Source: Candidatus Multivoradales bacterium
GTDB taxonomy: Bacteria; Acidobacteriota; Thermoanaerobaculia; Multivoradales; J023
Direction of reading: 5' to 3'
Assembly: GCA_965248925.1 (NCBI GenBank)
Contig: CBDFLE010000005.1
Span: forward strand, 1,056,001-1,120,000
DNA length: 64,000 bases
The position numbers were made by a program, and so were the translations under genes. This document shows, in pieces, positions 28,599-37,851 of the stretch (positions are counted from its first letter, which is position 1; each line of letters opens with the position of its first letter). Under the pieces are notes generated by a model. It made no database searches. It had not been told where the DNA came from and worked only from the letters and a program-made list of their open reading frames with translations.

Positions 28599-30701
28599 TC
28601 AGAAACGGTGGCGCACCCCGCCAAAGCCCTCGAAACCGGCCGCCGGGCGTGCTGAGAAAGCGCCAAATGCCTGCGTGAAGTAGTCTTCGCCGGTGAGGTT
28701 CTTGAGCACCAACCGCCAACTGGTCGGGCCCCGATGGTAGCTCAGGCTGGCGTCGACAATCACCGCTTCGCCGAGTTCCAAGGCGTTGTTGGCATAGGCA
28801 TATTGCTCGCCCAGGTAGCGTGCCCCGCCCGCGATGCCGAGGCCGTTGGGGAAGCGCTTGGACAGCCACAAGCTGGCCAGATGCCGGGGAGCAAAGGCGG
28901 CGGCGTTACCCGAGTAGTCGGCGATGAAGAAGTCGGTCGGGCCGGGACCGAAGACCACCAACTCGGCAAACTCCACCAACTCGGCCTCGGTGAAAGCGTA
29001 GGTGAAGGAGCAGTCGAAGCCTTCCGCCAAGCGGGCGTACAGCTCGAATTCGGCACCCCGCGAGCGCTGATCGCCTTGCTGGCCGGTGATGCCGGAGGAG
29101 TCCGGAATCGACAGATTGCTGCGCTCGATCTGGTACAGCGACAAATTGAGCCGCAGACGACCGTCGGCCAGGTCGAGCTTGGCGCCGACTTCGATCTGCT
29201 GCCCTTCCTCGGGTTCGATCTCGCCGACGGTCAAGGTCGAGGGCGGCTCGAAGGATTCGGCATATTGAACGTAGAGCGACAGCTGTTCGAGCGGCTGACC
29301 GACGATCGCCACCAGGGGACTGAGCTGGCTATCGTCACGGTCGCTGCGCACCGTGCCATCGGCCTGGTAGTCGACGATGTCGAGACGCGCTCCGAGCACC
29401 ACCTGGAAGAGGTCGGAAAAGCTGATTTGATCGAGCACATAAGGCGCAATCACCACGCTGCGCCCGTCCACTGCCAAGCCTTGGCCAGGTATCGGGAATA
29501 GGGGCAGCTGGGCGGTTTCGACGGGGTGAAAGGCATCGACCGAGGGCAGAAATGCAACCCCGAGGGTGAAATCGTCGGCAAGCCGCTGCACTTCCAAACC
29601 GGCGATCAGCTGGTGGCTGAAAGCGCCGCTCTCGAGCGTCAGCACCGCATCGATCTGCAGCCCGGCAAAGCTCTGCTGGTCGTCCAGTTCGGTCTGCGTT
29701 CGCAGCACGTCGATTCCGCCTTGCCGCCCGGGAGAGACACCGACGATCAAGGTGCCGTCACTCCGCCAATCGAGGCTGGTAAAGTAGATCTTCTCGCGCC
29801 ATCGCAAGCTGTCCGACAGGCGGTGTTCCAGATCGAGCTGCAAGCGGGTAACGCGCTGTACAGAAAAGTCGAACGGGCTCGAGTAGTTGCGTTCCCGCGG
29901 CAGGTCGAGCAGGTTGCCGAAGAAGACCGGTAACCCGGAGTCCGGCCGATACTCACTCTCCGCCGCCTCCAAGCTTAGCGAAGCGGTGGTGCTCTCTCCG
30001 AGCCGCCAGTTGAACACCGGGTTGATCGCCCAGGCCGTGCTGTCGTTGCGCTCGCGATGGTTGTCAGACTGACGCCAAAAGCCGTTGATCCGCAGCCCTT
30101 GCCGGCGCTCGGCGAAATCGCGGTTGATGTCAAAAGCGGCTTCGATCGTCGAGTTTGAGCCGCCGTAAAGGCCAACCTCGGTGAAGTTGCTGGCCGCGGG
30201 TTGTTTGCGCACCAAGTTCACCGTGCCGGCCAACGCCCGACCGCCGTAGAGAAATCCCGCCGCCCCTTTCAGCACCTCGACCCGCTCGATGTTGTAGAGA
30301 TGATGAATCGTCGACTCAGGCTCGATGGCACCGTCGGAGAGGATCAAGGCGCCGGTCACCGACTCGAAGCCCCGCAGCACGAAGCGGTCGAAGACTCCTG
30401 AACCGGTCTGGGGATTGACCCCGCTGACATTGCGCAGCGCATCGCCGAGGTTCTCGGCTCCTTGTTGCAGCAGCCGCTCTCGCTCCACTCGCGACAAGCT
30501 GGCCGGGATGGCAGCTTCGGTCATCGGCAAGCGAGTGGCGATCGAACTCTGGCTCGAACGTGGCGGCAGACGCTCCTCCACTTCGACGGTTTCACTCAGG
30601 GTGAGCTGCGGTTGCTGCTCCGCTGTCACTTCCGGCGCCGCGGTTTGAGCACCAGAAGTCCAGCAGAGGGCCGCGCATACGCAAAAAATCATCGACTTCA
30701 T
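28599..30701 (-). CDS. TonB-dependent receptor (siderophore-receptor-like)
   Basis: ETVEV TonB box, plug LRNVSGV..LRGF, IERVEVLKGAAGFLYG..GTVNLVRK, C-terminal F; start MKSMIF at 30701. Confidence 0.92.
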   Translation of the reverse strand: MKSMIFCVCAALCWTSGAQTAAPEVTAEQQPQLTLSETVEVEERLPPRSSQSSIATRLPMTEAAIPASLSRVERERLLQQGAENLGDALRNVSGVNPQTGSGVFDRFVLRGFESVTGALILSDGAIEPESTIHHLYNIERVEVLKGAAGFLYGGRALAGTVNLVRKQPAASNFTEVGLYGGSNSTIEAAFDINRDFAERRQGLRINGFWRQSDNHRERNDSTAWAINPVFNWRLGESTTASLSLEAAESEYRPDSGLPVFFGNLLDLPRERNYSSPFDFSVQRVTRLQLDLEHRLSDSLRWREKIYFTSLDWRSDGTLIVGVSPGRQGGIDVLRTQTELDDQQSFAGLQIDAVLTLESGAFSHQLIAGLEVQRLADDFTLGVAFLPSVDAFHPVETAQLPLFPIPGQGLAVDGRSVVIAPYVLDQISFSDLFQVVLGARLDIVDYQADGTVRSDRDDSQLSPLVAIVGQPLEQLSLYVQYAESFEPPSTLTVGEIEPEEGQQIEVGAKLDLADGRLRLNLSLYQIERSNLSIPDSSGITGQQGDQRSRGAEFELYARLAEGFDCSFTYAFTEAELVEFAELVVFGPGPTDFFIADYSGNAAAFAPRHLASLWLSKRFPNGLGIAGGARYLGEQYAYANNALELGEAVIVDASLSYHRGPTSWRLVLKNLTGEDYFTQAFGAFSARPAAGFEGFGGVRHRF

Positions 30702-30821
30702 CGCTGCATTATTCCTCTTCGCGGCGTTCCTTGCCACAAGTTGTTCACTGCTGAAACGCGAAAAGGCAGGAAGCCGACCCTTCAGCTTCCCGCCTCGCAC
30801 TGCCCATCGTCGCGACTGGGT

Positions 30822-32519
30822 TTAGGGCATGGTAAACGACCAGATGCTGGTGTCGCCAGTTTCGAAGCCATTCAAGAAGATGGGAATGCCCCCACAATCA
30901 TTGGAGAAGCTACCAATGCGGTGTCCCCAGGGTGCTGTAATTCCGAGTGAGGTCTTCGAGTACAGGCCCAGGTACCAAGTGCGATTACCATCTGGATCGC
31001 TGGTGGCACCCGCGTAATCGCCCCAACGAGTTGGGTTGGCGGCCTGAGAGTAGTGCCCCTCGCCGGCCTTCAAAGTGCCTTCAGCCATGGTCGTGCCGAG
31101 GGCGTCTGCCGCCAAGCGGCCGGTAACATAAGCGCCCGCGAAGGAGGTCGTACTGCTCTTGGAATAGCCGATGGTCATGTTGCCGCAGGCGTCGACCGCC
31201 AGATCCGCGAAGGTGCGGTACTCGCCATCGCTGGAGATCACACCCGATTGGACAACCGTGGGGCCGCTGGGATCGATCTCCGCCCAGCGAATGCAATTGA
31301 CCGTACCCGCTCCCGGATTACAAGAGATTGCCTGATCGGTCCACACCGAGCCATTGCGATACTCAGCGTCCTGCACCCGCCAGTCGTTGGCTTGAAGATT
31401 CGGCGCACCGCCCATCTGCGGACTGTTGACCGGGAAACCGGCGGATACGCCCGAGGGGACGCCGAGATCGAGGGGGCCGATGTTGGTGAGCGTGTTGGCG
31501 CCCAGAGGATCGACCCACGACCAGATACCAATGCTGTCGCCGTTGCCGAAAACCGCGTCGGTCAGGATGTAGTGAATGCCGTTCGAGGGCCAGGTGCCCT
31601 GGTCGAACCCGTGCAAGTTCATCGGCTGCGGCGTGCTTTCGCTACCCAAGCTGCGCATCACCGGCGCGGGCAGCGGGTCGCCCGCATACATCGCCGCCTT
31701 GTCGATGGCGAAAAGGACGCCACGTACTCCCCCCCCGGCCAGGAAGTTGTTGGCACCCATGACAATGGCGTCTTCGCCAACCCCGGCGTGGGGATAGTCG
31801 AAGAAATCACCGCCGGTGGCGGTGACGAAACGGTAGGCGTTCCACAGACCGGTCGGATCGCTGGTCTGGCTGACCGCGATGCAGTAGCCGACGCCCCCCT
31901 GGTCGACACCCAGGATGTAGCGCCCGGTCGACTCGTCGTAGAGAACGTTGGGATCGAACAGTCCAGTACAGCCGGCAACGCCCGAGAAGAAGCTGCCGAA
32001 GGTGGTCGCGGCTTGCGCCACGGTGCCGTTTTTCTGGTGGATCTCAAAGAAGGCGTTGACCACCGAAATGACGTGATCGCTGCCCGCCGTAAGCTCAGGA
32101 TCTGGCGGGATCGAGCTCGAATTGGTGCGGTCTGGGCCCTCGAAGCTAGCCAAATTCACCGGCGCCCGGTTGACCAAGGTGGCGCTGGTGATCTGCCGCA
32201 GATTCGGGTTTGGCGGCAAGAATTGCGCCGCGGCCCGCAGGTTCTCTTCCGCTTCCGCACCGATCAGCGACGGCGGACGCAAGCGACTCTTGAGCACCAC
32301 TGTGTTGTCGAAATCAGCGGTTTCGCCGATGGTGGCTACCTGCCGCATGTTGATTGCCGTCGGGGCGATCGGCGCCGTGTCGAAGCCTTCTCCGCTGCCG
32401 GTTACCGGAGTCGCTTCGAAGGTGGCCGGTGCCGCCGGCGCGAGGTTTGAATGATGGCTGCAGCCGATGTTCAGCAGCAGCAAGACCAGCATCAAAATGC
32501 CGAGGATATTTCGCTTCAT
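30822..32519 (-). CDS. Secreted/lipoprotein hypothetical protein with C-terminal IFxNGFETGD motif
   Basis: Lipobox-like LNIGC; PPDP..AG..HV..VN, DP.VLYD, DYP, RWGDY motifs; start MKRNIL at 32519. Confidence 0.75.
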   Translation of the reverse strand: MKRNILGILMLVLLLLNIGCSHHSNLAPAAPATFEATPVTGSGEGFDTAPIAPTAINMRQVATIGETADFDNTVVLKSRLRPPSLIGAEAEENLRAAAQFLPPNPNLRQITSATLVNRAPVNLASFEGPDRTNSSSIPPDPELTAGSDHVISVVNAFFEIHQKNGTVAQAATTFGSFFSGVAGCTGLFDPNVLYDESTGRYILGVDQGGVGYCIAVSQTSDPTGLWNAYRFVTATGGDFFDYPHAGVGEDAIVMGANNFLAGGGVRGVLFAIDKAAMYAGDPLPAPVMRSLGSESTPQPMNLHGFDQGTWPSNGIHYILTDAVFGNGDSIGIWSWVDPLGANTLTNIGPLDLGVPSGVSAGFPVNSPQMGGAPNLQANDWRVQDAEYRNGSVWTDQAISCNPGAGTVNCIRWAEIDPSGPTVVQSGVISSDGEYRTFADLAVDACGNMTIGYSKSSTTSFAGAYVTGRLAADALGTTMAEGTLKAGEGHYSQAANPTRWGDYAGATSDPDGNRTWYLGLYSKTSLGITAPWGHRIGSFSNDCGGIPIFLNGFETGDTSIWSFTMP

Positions 32520-32604
32520 CAAGTTTCTCTCCTTGGTCGAATTCAGCCAGGTCCAAGCTGGCCGCAGGCCCAGCTCTCCAAGTCTTACACAATAGAAATA
32601 CGAG

Positions 32605-32684
32605 CGTCGAGGTCGTCGTCGAGGTCGTCGTTGTGCAACGAGCAAGACTACAGAAAAACGCCACAGAAAAACGCCACAGAAAAA
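32605..32684. repeat. Short tandem repeats in an intergenic region
   Basis: CGTCGAGGTCGT x2 (32605-32628) and ACAGAAAAACGCC x2.7 (32650-32684). Confidence 0.75.
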
Positions 32685-32860
32685 TCCTCAGCGCAACAAT
32701 CTAGACGCCCCAGGGCAGGAAAAACCGGGACAGCCCAAACGCACAGAAGTTCATTGTACCAGTTTGCTGAATTACTTTGGTGAAAGCCCACCGCAGTGGG
32801 GGCTTAAGAGTATTGAGCTTGCGCGGTAGATGCAAGCTGCGATAGGCCGGACAGGTGCCC

Positions 32861-34750
32861 TTACCAGCCCACGCAACCGCCCACCGCCTGGTCCTGCGCC
32901 CAGGGAGCTTGCCGCGCCCACCGGCGCAAGATATCCGGCCGCTGATCGAGCAGCGCTAGCGCCGCCGGCAAGGGTAGAGCACGCTCGGTCAGCTGACGCG
33001 CCTCGCCAAGCCGTCGCCGCCACTCTGCCCGGCTCATCCTCGGTGCCAGCAAGTGGCCTTCGACCCCCTGGCCGAGCAGCAAAATATCGCGGCCAAAGTC
33101 TCCCCACAAGCTGTCGAACGACAGCAGATGAGGCCGGTAGGACAGCGGCGCCGATTCGCGAAAAAGCGCCAGGGCGGTCGCGGCATCGCCGATCTCGACA
33201 TGCTGGCGGCAGTGGCGCCAAAAAGGCGAATCGAGACGGCGGTTGAAGCGGAAATGCAGGGCCAGGAACCATCTTAGATCGTCCCAGAAATCACCCAGAT
33301 ATTGGTTTACCAAGCGCCGTCCAGCGGGTTCGTCGAGACGCCGGGGAAAGTGCCGCACCAGGGTGGTTACCGCCACCAGAACCATGTGCAGAGCGGTCGA
33401 CTCGAGAGGCTCGACAAAGCCATATGCGTTGCCCAGGGCAAAGACATTGCCGCGCCAGGCCCGCCGTCGTCGACCACTGGTGAAAGACAGCAGGCGAAGT
33501 TCGCCGACACCGGGCACGGCGGCTCGCAGCTCGCTCTCGGCAGCCGCCACGGTGGTCATCGCCTGGGCAAAGACATAACCAATGTGGTCTTCCGCCGCCA
33601 ACGAGATTCGCCAGCGCCAACCATGCCGCATGGTGCTGGCGGTGGTGAAAGCCGAGGGCGGCATGCCGCCACCGAAACTGCCAGGCACCGTGCCAAGCAG
33701 CACCGCATCGGTGGGCAAACTGCCGGCCCAAGGGTCGAAGGGCTCGCCAAGAGCCTCGCCGAGCAACCGCGAAGCAAAGCCGGAGGCATCTATCCAGAGA
33801 TCAAACTCGAACTCTTCGCCAGCGTCGGTGAGCACTGCCGCCAAGCCTTCACCAGCAGTATCCGGACGCGCCTCCACTACTTGTCGATCGATGAACCGGA
33901 TCCCGGACCGTCGCGCCACGCTTTGCAAATAGTCGACGAAAGGTCGATTGTCGAGGTGGTAGGCGAAGGGAGCCGGCAGCAGCTCGTAGTGGCCGCCGCC
34001 AGCGTCCAGCAGCGGACTACGGTCGGCTTCCATCAGCAAAGAGGCCGGACAGTAGGTGTTGAAATCACCGGAGTAGTGCAGCGCCTCGAGTAGCGGGCCG
34101 CGCTGAAACGGGTAGTTAAAATGGCCGCTCCCCGGTCTGCCCCAGTCGAAACGAATGCCCAGCTTCCACACCGGCCGCACCCGCTCGAACAGCTCCTGCG
34201 GGTCAAGTCCCAGGGTCCCGTGGAGAAAAGCCGGCATCAGAGGAGTGGTGGCCTCACCGACACCAATCACCGGAATCTGACTCGAGGCCACCACCGTCAC
34301 TTCAAGCTCGGGCAGCTTGCGACGTAGGCCCAATGCCGCCAGCAATCCGGCTGTGCCGCCCCCTAGGACACCGACGGTTCGCACCTCCGATCCCGGCGAC
34401 CGCCGTGGCCGGCCCAGGTCGAGCTGGGCGGTCACTCGGGCACTGTCGAGATTCACCGAGGGCGGCAAGTGGGGCTCGAGAACGACCCCACAAAGCTGCC
34501 ACAACACCTGCCGTACCTCGGCCTCGGCATAGCGCGACGCGGCGGCGGCGATCACTTCCCGCACCGTGCGATGACTGTCGACCAAGCCGAGCAAGAACTC
34601 TAGATCGGCTTGGACCAGGCCCGGAAAACGCAGCCGGCGGCCCTCGACCCGCACTCCCAGCGTGCCCCCGCGGTCGCTCAACTCCACACCGTCGAGGCGC
34701 CGCAAGACGAGGTCCTCGAAACGCGGTGGTTCGCCCTGCTCTGCTGCCAT
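32861..34750 (-). CDS. Flavin-dependent tryptophan-halogenase-family protein with N-terminal RRE/PqqD-like domain
   Basis: GGGTAG, IGVGEATTP, WKLGIRF (catalytic Lys), AYHLDN, IDASGF, GWRWRI, GFVEPLESTA; N-terminal ~95 aa with beta-strands then LLGLVDSHRTVREVI...EVRQVLWQL. Confidence 0.85.
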   Translation of the reverse strand: MAAEQGEPPRFEDLVLRRLDGVELSDRGGTLGVRVEGRRLRFPGLVQADLEFLLGLVDSHRTVREVIAAAASRYAEAEVRQVLWQLCGVVLEPHLPPSVNLDSARVTAQLDLGRPRRSPGSEVRTVGVLGGGTAGLLAALGLRRKLPELEVTVVASSQIPVIGVGEATTPLMPAFLHGTLGLDPQELFERVRPVWKLGIRFDWGRPGSGHFNYPFQRGPLLEALHYSGDFNTYCPASLLMEADRSPLLDAGGGHYELLPAPFAYHLDNRPFVDYLQSVARRSGIRFIDRQVVEARPDTAGEGLAAVLTDAGEEFEFDLWIDASGFASRLLGEALGEPFDPWAGSLPTDAVLLGTVPGSFGGGMPPSAFTTASTMRHGWRWRISLAAEDHIGYVFAQAMTTVAAAESELRAAVPGVGELRLLSFTSGRRRRAWRGNVFALGNAYGFVEPLESTALHMVLVAVTTLVRHFPRRLDEPAGRRLVNQYLGDFWDDLRWFLALHFRFNRRLDSPFWRHCRQHVEIGDAATALALFRESAPLSYRPHLLSFDSLWGDFGRDILLLGQGVEGHLLAPRMSRAEWRRRLGEARQLTERALPLPAALALLDQRPDILRRWARQAPWAQDQAVGGCVGW

Positions 34751-34921
34751 GGATGGGCTCCTGTGCCGAGAATCAAAAGCTGTTCAACGTCGACGTCTAC
34801 GACCGCCGGACAGGCAAGGCTAGGCTATACCTTCGATCTGAGCTATTTGATACCATCTATTTGATCCAATCGGCTCGACTCAACCCGATCGACTCGGCGG
34901 AGGGCTTGGAGACCGTGACTG

Positions 34922-35134
34922 TCACTCGTTCGATCCACCACCAGCGCTTGCGGCGAGCCAATGAGTATGCCCCGGCGCCTCGCGCAAGAAATAGAAGCTG
35001 GCCAACTTGCGCAATTCCTCGAACACTACCGGCGGCAACTTGTCGAGGGCCTGCTCATCCCGACCACTCCAGTCGGCGAGAATCGCGGTGATCTCGGAGG
35101 CCGTGGCGGGACGAGAATCAATCCTACGGTTCAT
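34922..35134 (-). pseudogene. N-terminal fragment of a TIGR02999/ECF43 sigma factor
   Basis: EITAILADWSGRDEQALDKLPPVVFEELRKLASFYFLREAPGHT matches the family N-terminus; breaks just before LQPTALV. Confidence 0.75.
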
Positions 35135-35148
35135 GGCCTTCTCCCAGT

Positions 35149-37131
35149 TCAGCGTTCGAGCAGAAAGAATCCGGCCGGCCGCGAACCATCGCTGCAAGTC
35201 AAGATGGTCAGCCGGTGAGCCCCGGCATCCAGCTTCACCGGCAAGGTCACTCCGGCGCCCAACACCGCTCCCAGGGTACCGGTCGAAGCCAACGCCCGGC
35301 CATCCAACCACAAGCTCGTGACACCGACCGGAGCCAACTCCCAGCGTCGCCGCTCGGCCTTGGCCAGCTGAAAATCATGCACCAAAGCCTGGCAGCGACT
35401 GGGCGGCTGCAAGCGCCCGCAGTCGACCAACCCCTCGCTGGCCCGCAGTTCAGCCGCGACTAACCGCGGGTAGGCCGGCCACTCCGGCACTGGCTGGTCG
35501 GGCATCACCGGCAGCTCGGTGCCTCGCGGTACCAAACGCCAGTCGAGCACAAAGTCCTGATTGCCTTCAGCCACTAACTCGTAGAGCAATGTGTAGCCGC
35601 CATAGCGCAGTCTAAACCGAGGGTCAGCCTCTAGCTGGCGCAGCAAGGCAGGGTGGCGATGGAACCGCGATAGGGCCAGAAAGTCGCTGTCGAGTCGCTG
35701 CCGCAAGGCCAGCGGAATATCCGCCTCACGCCCCTCCATAACGGCCCGCAGGGAGGCGTGCTCGGCAGCAAAAGGCAACGCCATGAACACCGGGTCGAGG
35801 ACGTTGAGGTAGCGTCCGTGGGGGGCAAAAAAGAAATAGTTATGAGTTGCACCCCACTCTGCCGCCACCCGAGCTCCAGGCGGTAGGGCTCGGCCAAAAG
35901 CGGTCCAGTCTTCCTCGCGCTCGAGTTCCGTGCCGCTCGACTGGCTCAGACCCGACAAGAACTCCTGACTGCGATAGCCGCCGACCAGCAGCGGCAGGAG
36001 TAAAAGCGACCACAGCGGCAAGGTGCCCCGGCCCCAGAGCGAGATCCGCGCGCCAATGCCAAATCCCCTAGCGCGCAACCCGAAGAGCAAGGCCAGGCTG
36101 AAGAAGGGAATAGCGTAGGTCGAGAATCGCAGCATCAGACAGTAAAGTCCGCACCACGCCACCGCCGCCACCGCGAAGACATCCGCCAGCTGCCGGTCCT
36201 CCACCGTTGGCTCGCTGGCCATAGGTCGCCGGGCCAACCACAGCAAGCCCAGCACCAGAGCCCAGGGGAGGTTCATCAGCAAGAGGTCGGCGGCGCTCTG
36301 CGAACCGATCTCCGTACCGACGTCGAGCACCGATTTGTAGCGGAAGAAATCGATGCTCTGCACTTTCCACACCCGCAAGTTGTGCGGCAGATGGGGGTGC
36401 AGCAGAAGTCCGCTCACGGTGCCGAGCAAGCTGTAGAGCAGCAAGCGCCAATGCCAGCAACGCCGCATCCAGCCTTGCTGTAGGAACCACAGAAAACAAA
36501 GCCCCACCAGGGCGTGAAACGCGGTGTAGGAGAGAGCGAAAAGAACCGCCACGACTCCCAACCAGCGGAATCTGCCGCTGCCGGCGCACCAGCTGGCGAG
36601 CAGCAGTAGAGCCAGCGCTAGCAACTCGGGTCGCAGGCGAACCGCCCGGCCGAGGAAGGCCAAGGAGCCAAAGTAGCTCACCCAGGGCACCAGCAAGAGC
36701 ACTCCCCAGGCCAGCCCGCGTCTCCGGCCGGCCGGCCGGCGCAAGGCCCTGGCGCCCAGGGCGGCCAGCAACCCCACCAGCAGGCCATTCCACAAAGCCA
36801 GCGCCCAGCGCCCACCGAGGCTGGCCTGCTCCCCCCCAGCGAGCGGCACCATCAAGAGGTGGAAGAGCAGCTCTTTATCGCCAAAACCATCACGCAGCAG
36901 ACTGAACCGTAGCCAGGGCAATTGATCGACGACCCCCTCTTCGGCGTACAGCCGGGCAATTCCCAAGTGGTAATAGGAGTCGGTGTCGTAGAGTACCGGG
37001 AAACTGGTAAACAGCAGGCCGAAGAGCAAGGTCGACAAGAGCGCCAGCAGGAGGACGGCGAGCCGTTGCAGCCCGGCCGCGCGCGGCGGACCTCCAGCAC
37101 TGTTCAGCCGGTGAAGACGCTCAGTCAGCAT
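35149..37131 (-). CDS. Polytopic membrane protein, GT-C glycosyltransferase-like, with C-terminal soluble domain
   Basis: First TM followed by DTDSYYH, about 10-11 TM helices, LRPE motif. Confidence 0.6.
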   Translation of the reverse strand: MLTERLHRLNSAGGPPRAAGLQRLAVLLLALLSTLLFGLLFTSFPVLYDTDSYYHLGIARLYAEEGVVDQLPWLRFSLLRDGFGDKELLFHLLMVPLAGGEQASLGGRWALALWNGLLVGLLAALGARALRRPAGRRRGLAWGVLLLVPWVSYFGSLAFLGRAVRLRPELLALALLLLASWCAGSGRFRWLGVVAVLFALSYTAFHALVGLCFLWFLQQGWMRRCWHWRLLLYSLLGTVSGLLLHPHLPHNLRVWKVQSIDFFRYKSVLDVGTEIGSQSAADLLLMNLPWALVLGLLWLARRPMASEPTVEDRQLADVFAVAAVAWCGLYCLMLRFSTYAIPFFSLALLFGLRARGFGIGARISLWGRGTLPLWSLLLLPLLVGGYRSQEFLSGLSQSSGTELEREEDWTAFGRALPPGARVAAEWGATHNYFFFAPHGRYLNVLDPVFMALPFAAEHASLRAVMEGREADIPLALRQRLDSDFLALSRFHRHPALLRQLEADPRFRLRYGGYTLLYELVAEGNQDFVLDWRLVPRGTELPVMPDQPVPEWPAYPRLVAAELRASEGLVDCGRLQPPSRCQALVHDFQLAKAERRRWELAPVGVTSLWLDGRALASTGTLGAVLGAGVTLPVKLDAGAHRLTILTCSDGSRPAGFFLLER

Positions 37132-37234
37132 GGGCGAATTGTATCCGTGGTTTTTTGATAGATTTGGTCTACTAGTTCATCAGCGCCGACAAAGAGTCGG
37201 TATCGCAAATTTGGACGCACAGAAGGGAAGGTGG

Positions 37235-37849
37235 ATGGCCGGCGATGTGCACGAGATGCTGCAGCGGGTGCTGTCACGCGAAGCCGAGGGCTACGCTTGG
37301 CTCTACGACAGTTTCGCCACCAAGCTCTATCGCCGCCTCAGCCAGCGCTACGCTCATGCGGGAGGACTTGAGGCCGCCGACCTACTCCAGGATGCTTTTC
37401 TCTTTTTCCTACAGAATGACCACCGTGTCCTGCGTTACTTCTTAGACCGGACACCTCGCAGCGAGCAGACCGAGCAGCGCTTCGAGCGCCACCTTTGGGA
37501 TCTGGCCTGCGGTGTCGCCTCCAACCGGCGGCGGTCGGCGGCACAGCGCAAGGGTACCGTGCCTTTGGGCCATATCACCGAGGTCACCGCCTCGCCAGAA
37601 CCCGGCGCCGAACGCCGTCTGGTCGATCGCGATCGCTTGCAGAAGCTCAACGACTGCCTGGAGCGCTCGAGCGAGCGGGTCTACCTCTACTTCAAAATGC
37701 GTTTCGCCGACGGCCTGGCGCCAGAGGAGATTTGCGCGGCCACCGGTTGGTCACGGCGATCCACGTACAAGCTACGCCAAGCGCTCAACAAAGCGGTCGA
37801 CAAATGCGCGGAGGCTCTGGGCCTAGAGTTGACTGGTGGAGATCCTTGA
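37235..37849 (+). CDS. ECF-type sigma-70 factor
   Basis: Region 2 EAADLLQDAFLFFLQND.RVLRYF; region 4 LYFKMRFADGLAPEEICAATGWSRRSTYKLR; start MAGDV at 37235 (track gives 37130). Confidence 0.85.
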   Translation: MAGDVHEMLQRVLSREAEGYAWLYDSFATKLYRRLSQRYAHAGGLEAADLLQDAFLFFLQNDHRVLRYFLDRTPRSEQTEQRFERHLWDLACGVASNRRRSAAQRKGTVPLGHITEVTASPEPGAERRLVDRDRLQKLNDCLERSSERVYLYFKMRFADGLAPEEICAATGWSRRSTYKLRQALNKAVDKCAEALGLELTGGDP

Positions 37850-37851
37850 CC

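Noticed and set aside
31053-32450. 465-aa plus-strand ORF
   Set aside because: Shadow of the 30822-32519 gene, as expected in high-GC DNA
32605-32684. CRISPR array
   Set aside because: Units are 12-13 bp with no spacers; no cas genes in the window, including near the CHAT protease
32520-32860. RiPP precursor peptide next to the halogenase
   Set aside because: No short ORF with a convincing RBS and leader/core organisation could be identified on either side of the halogenase
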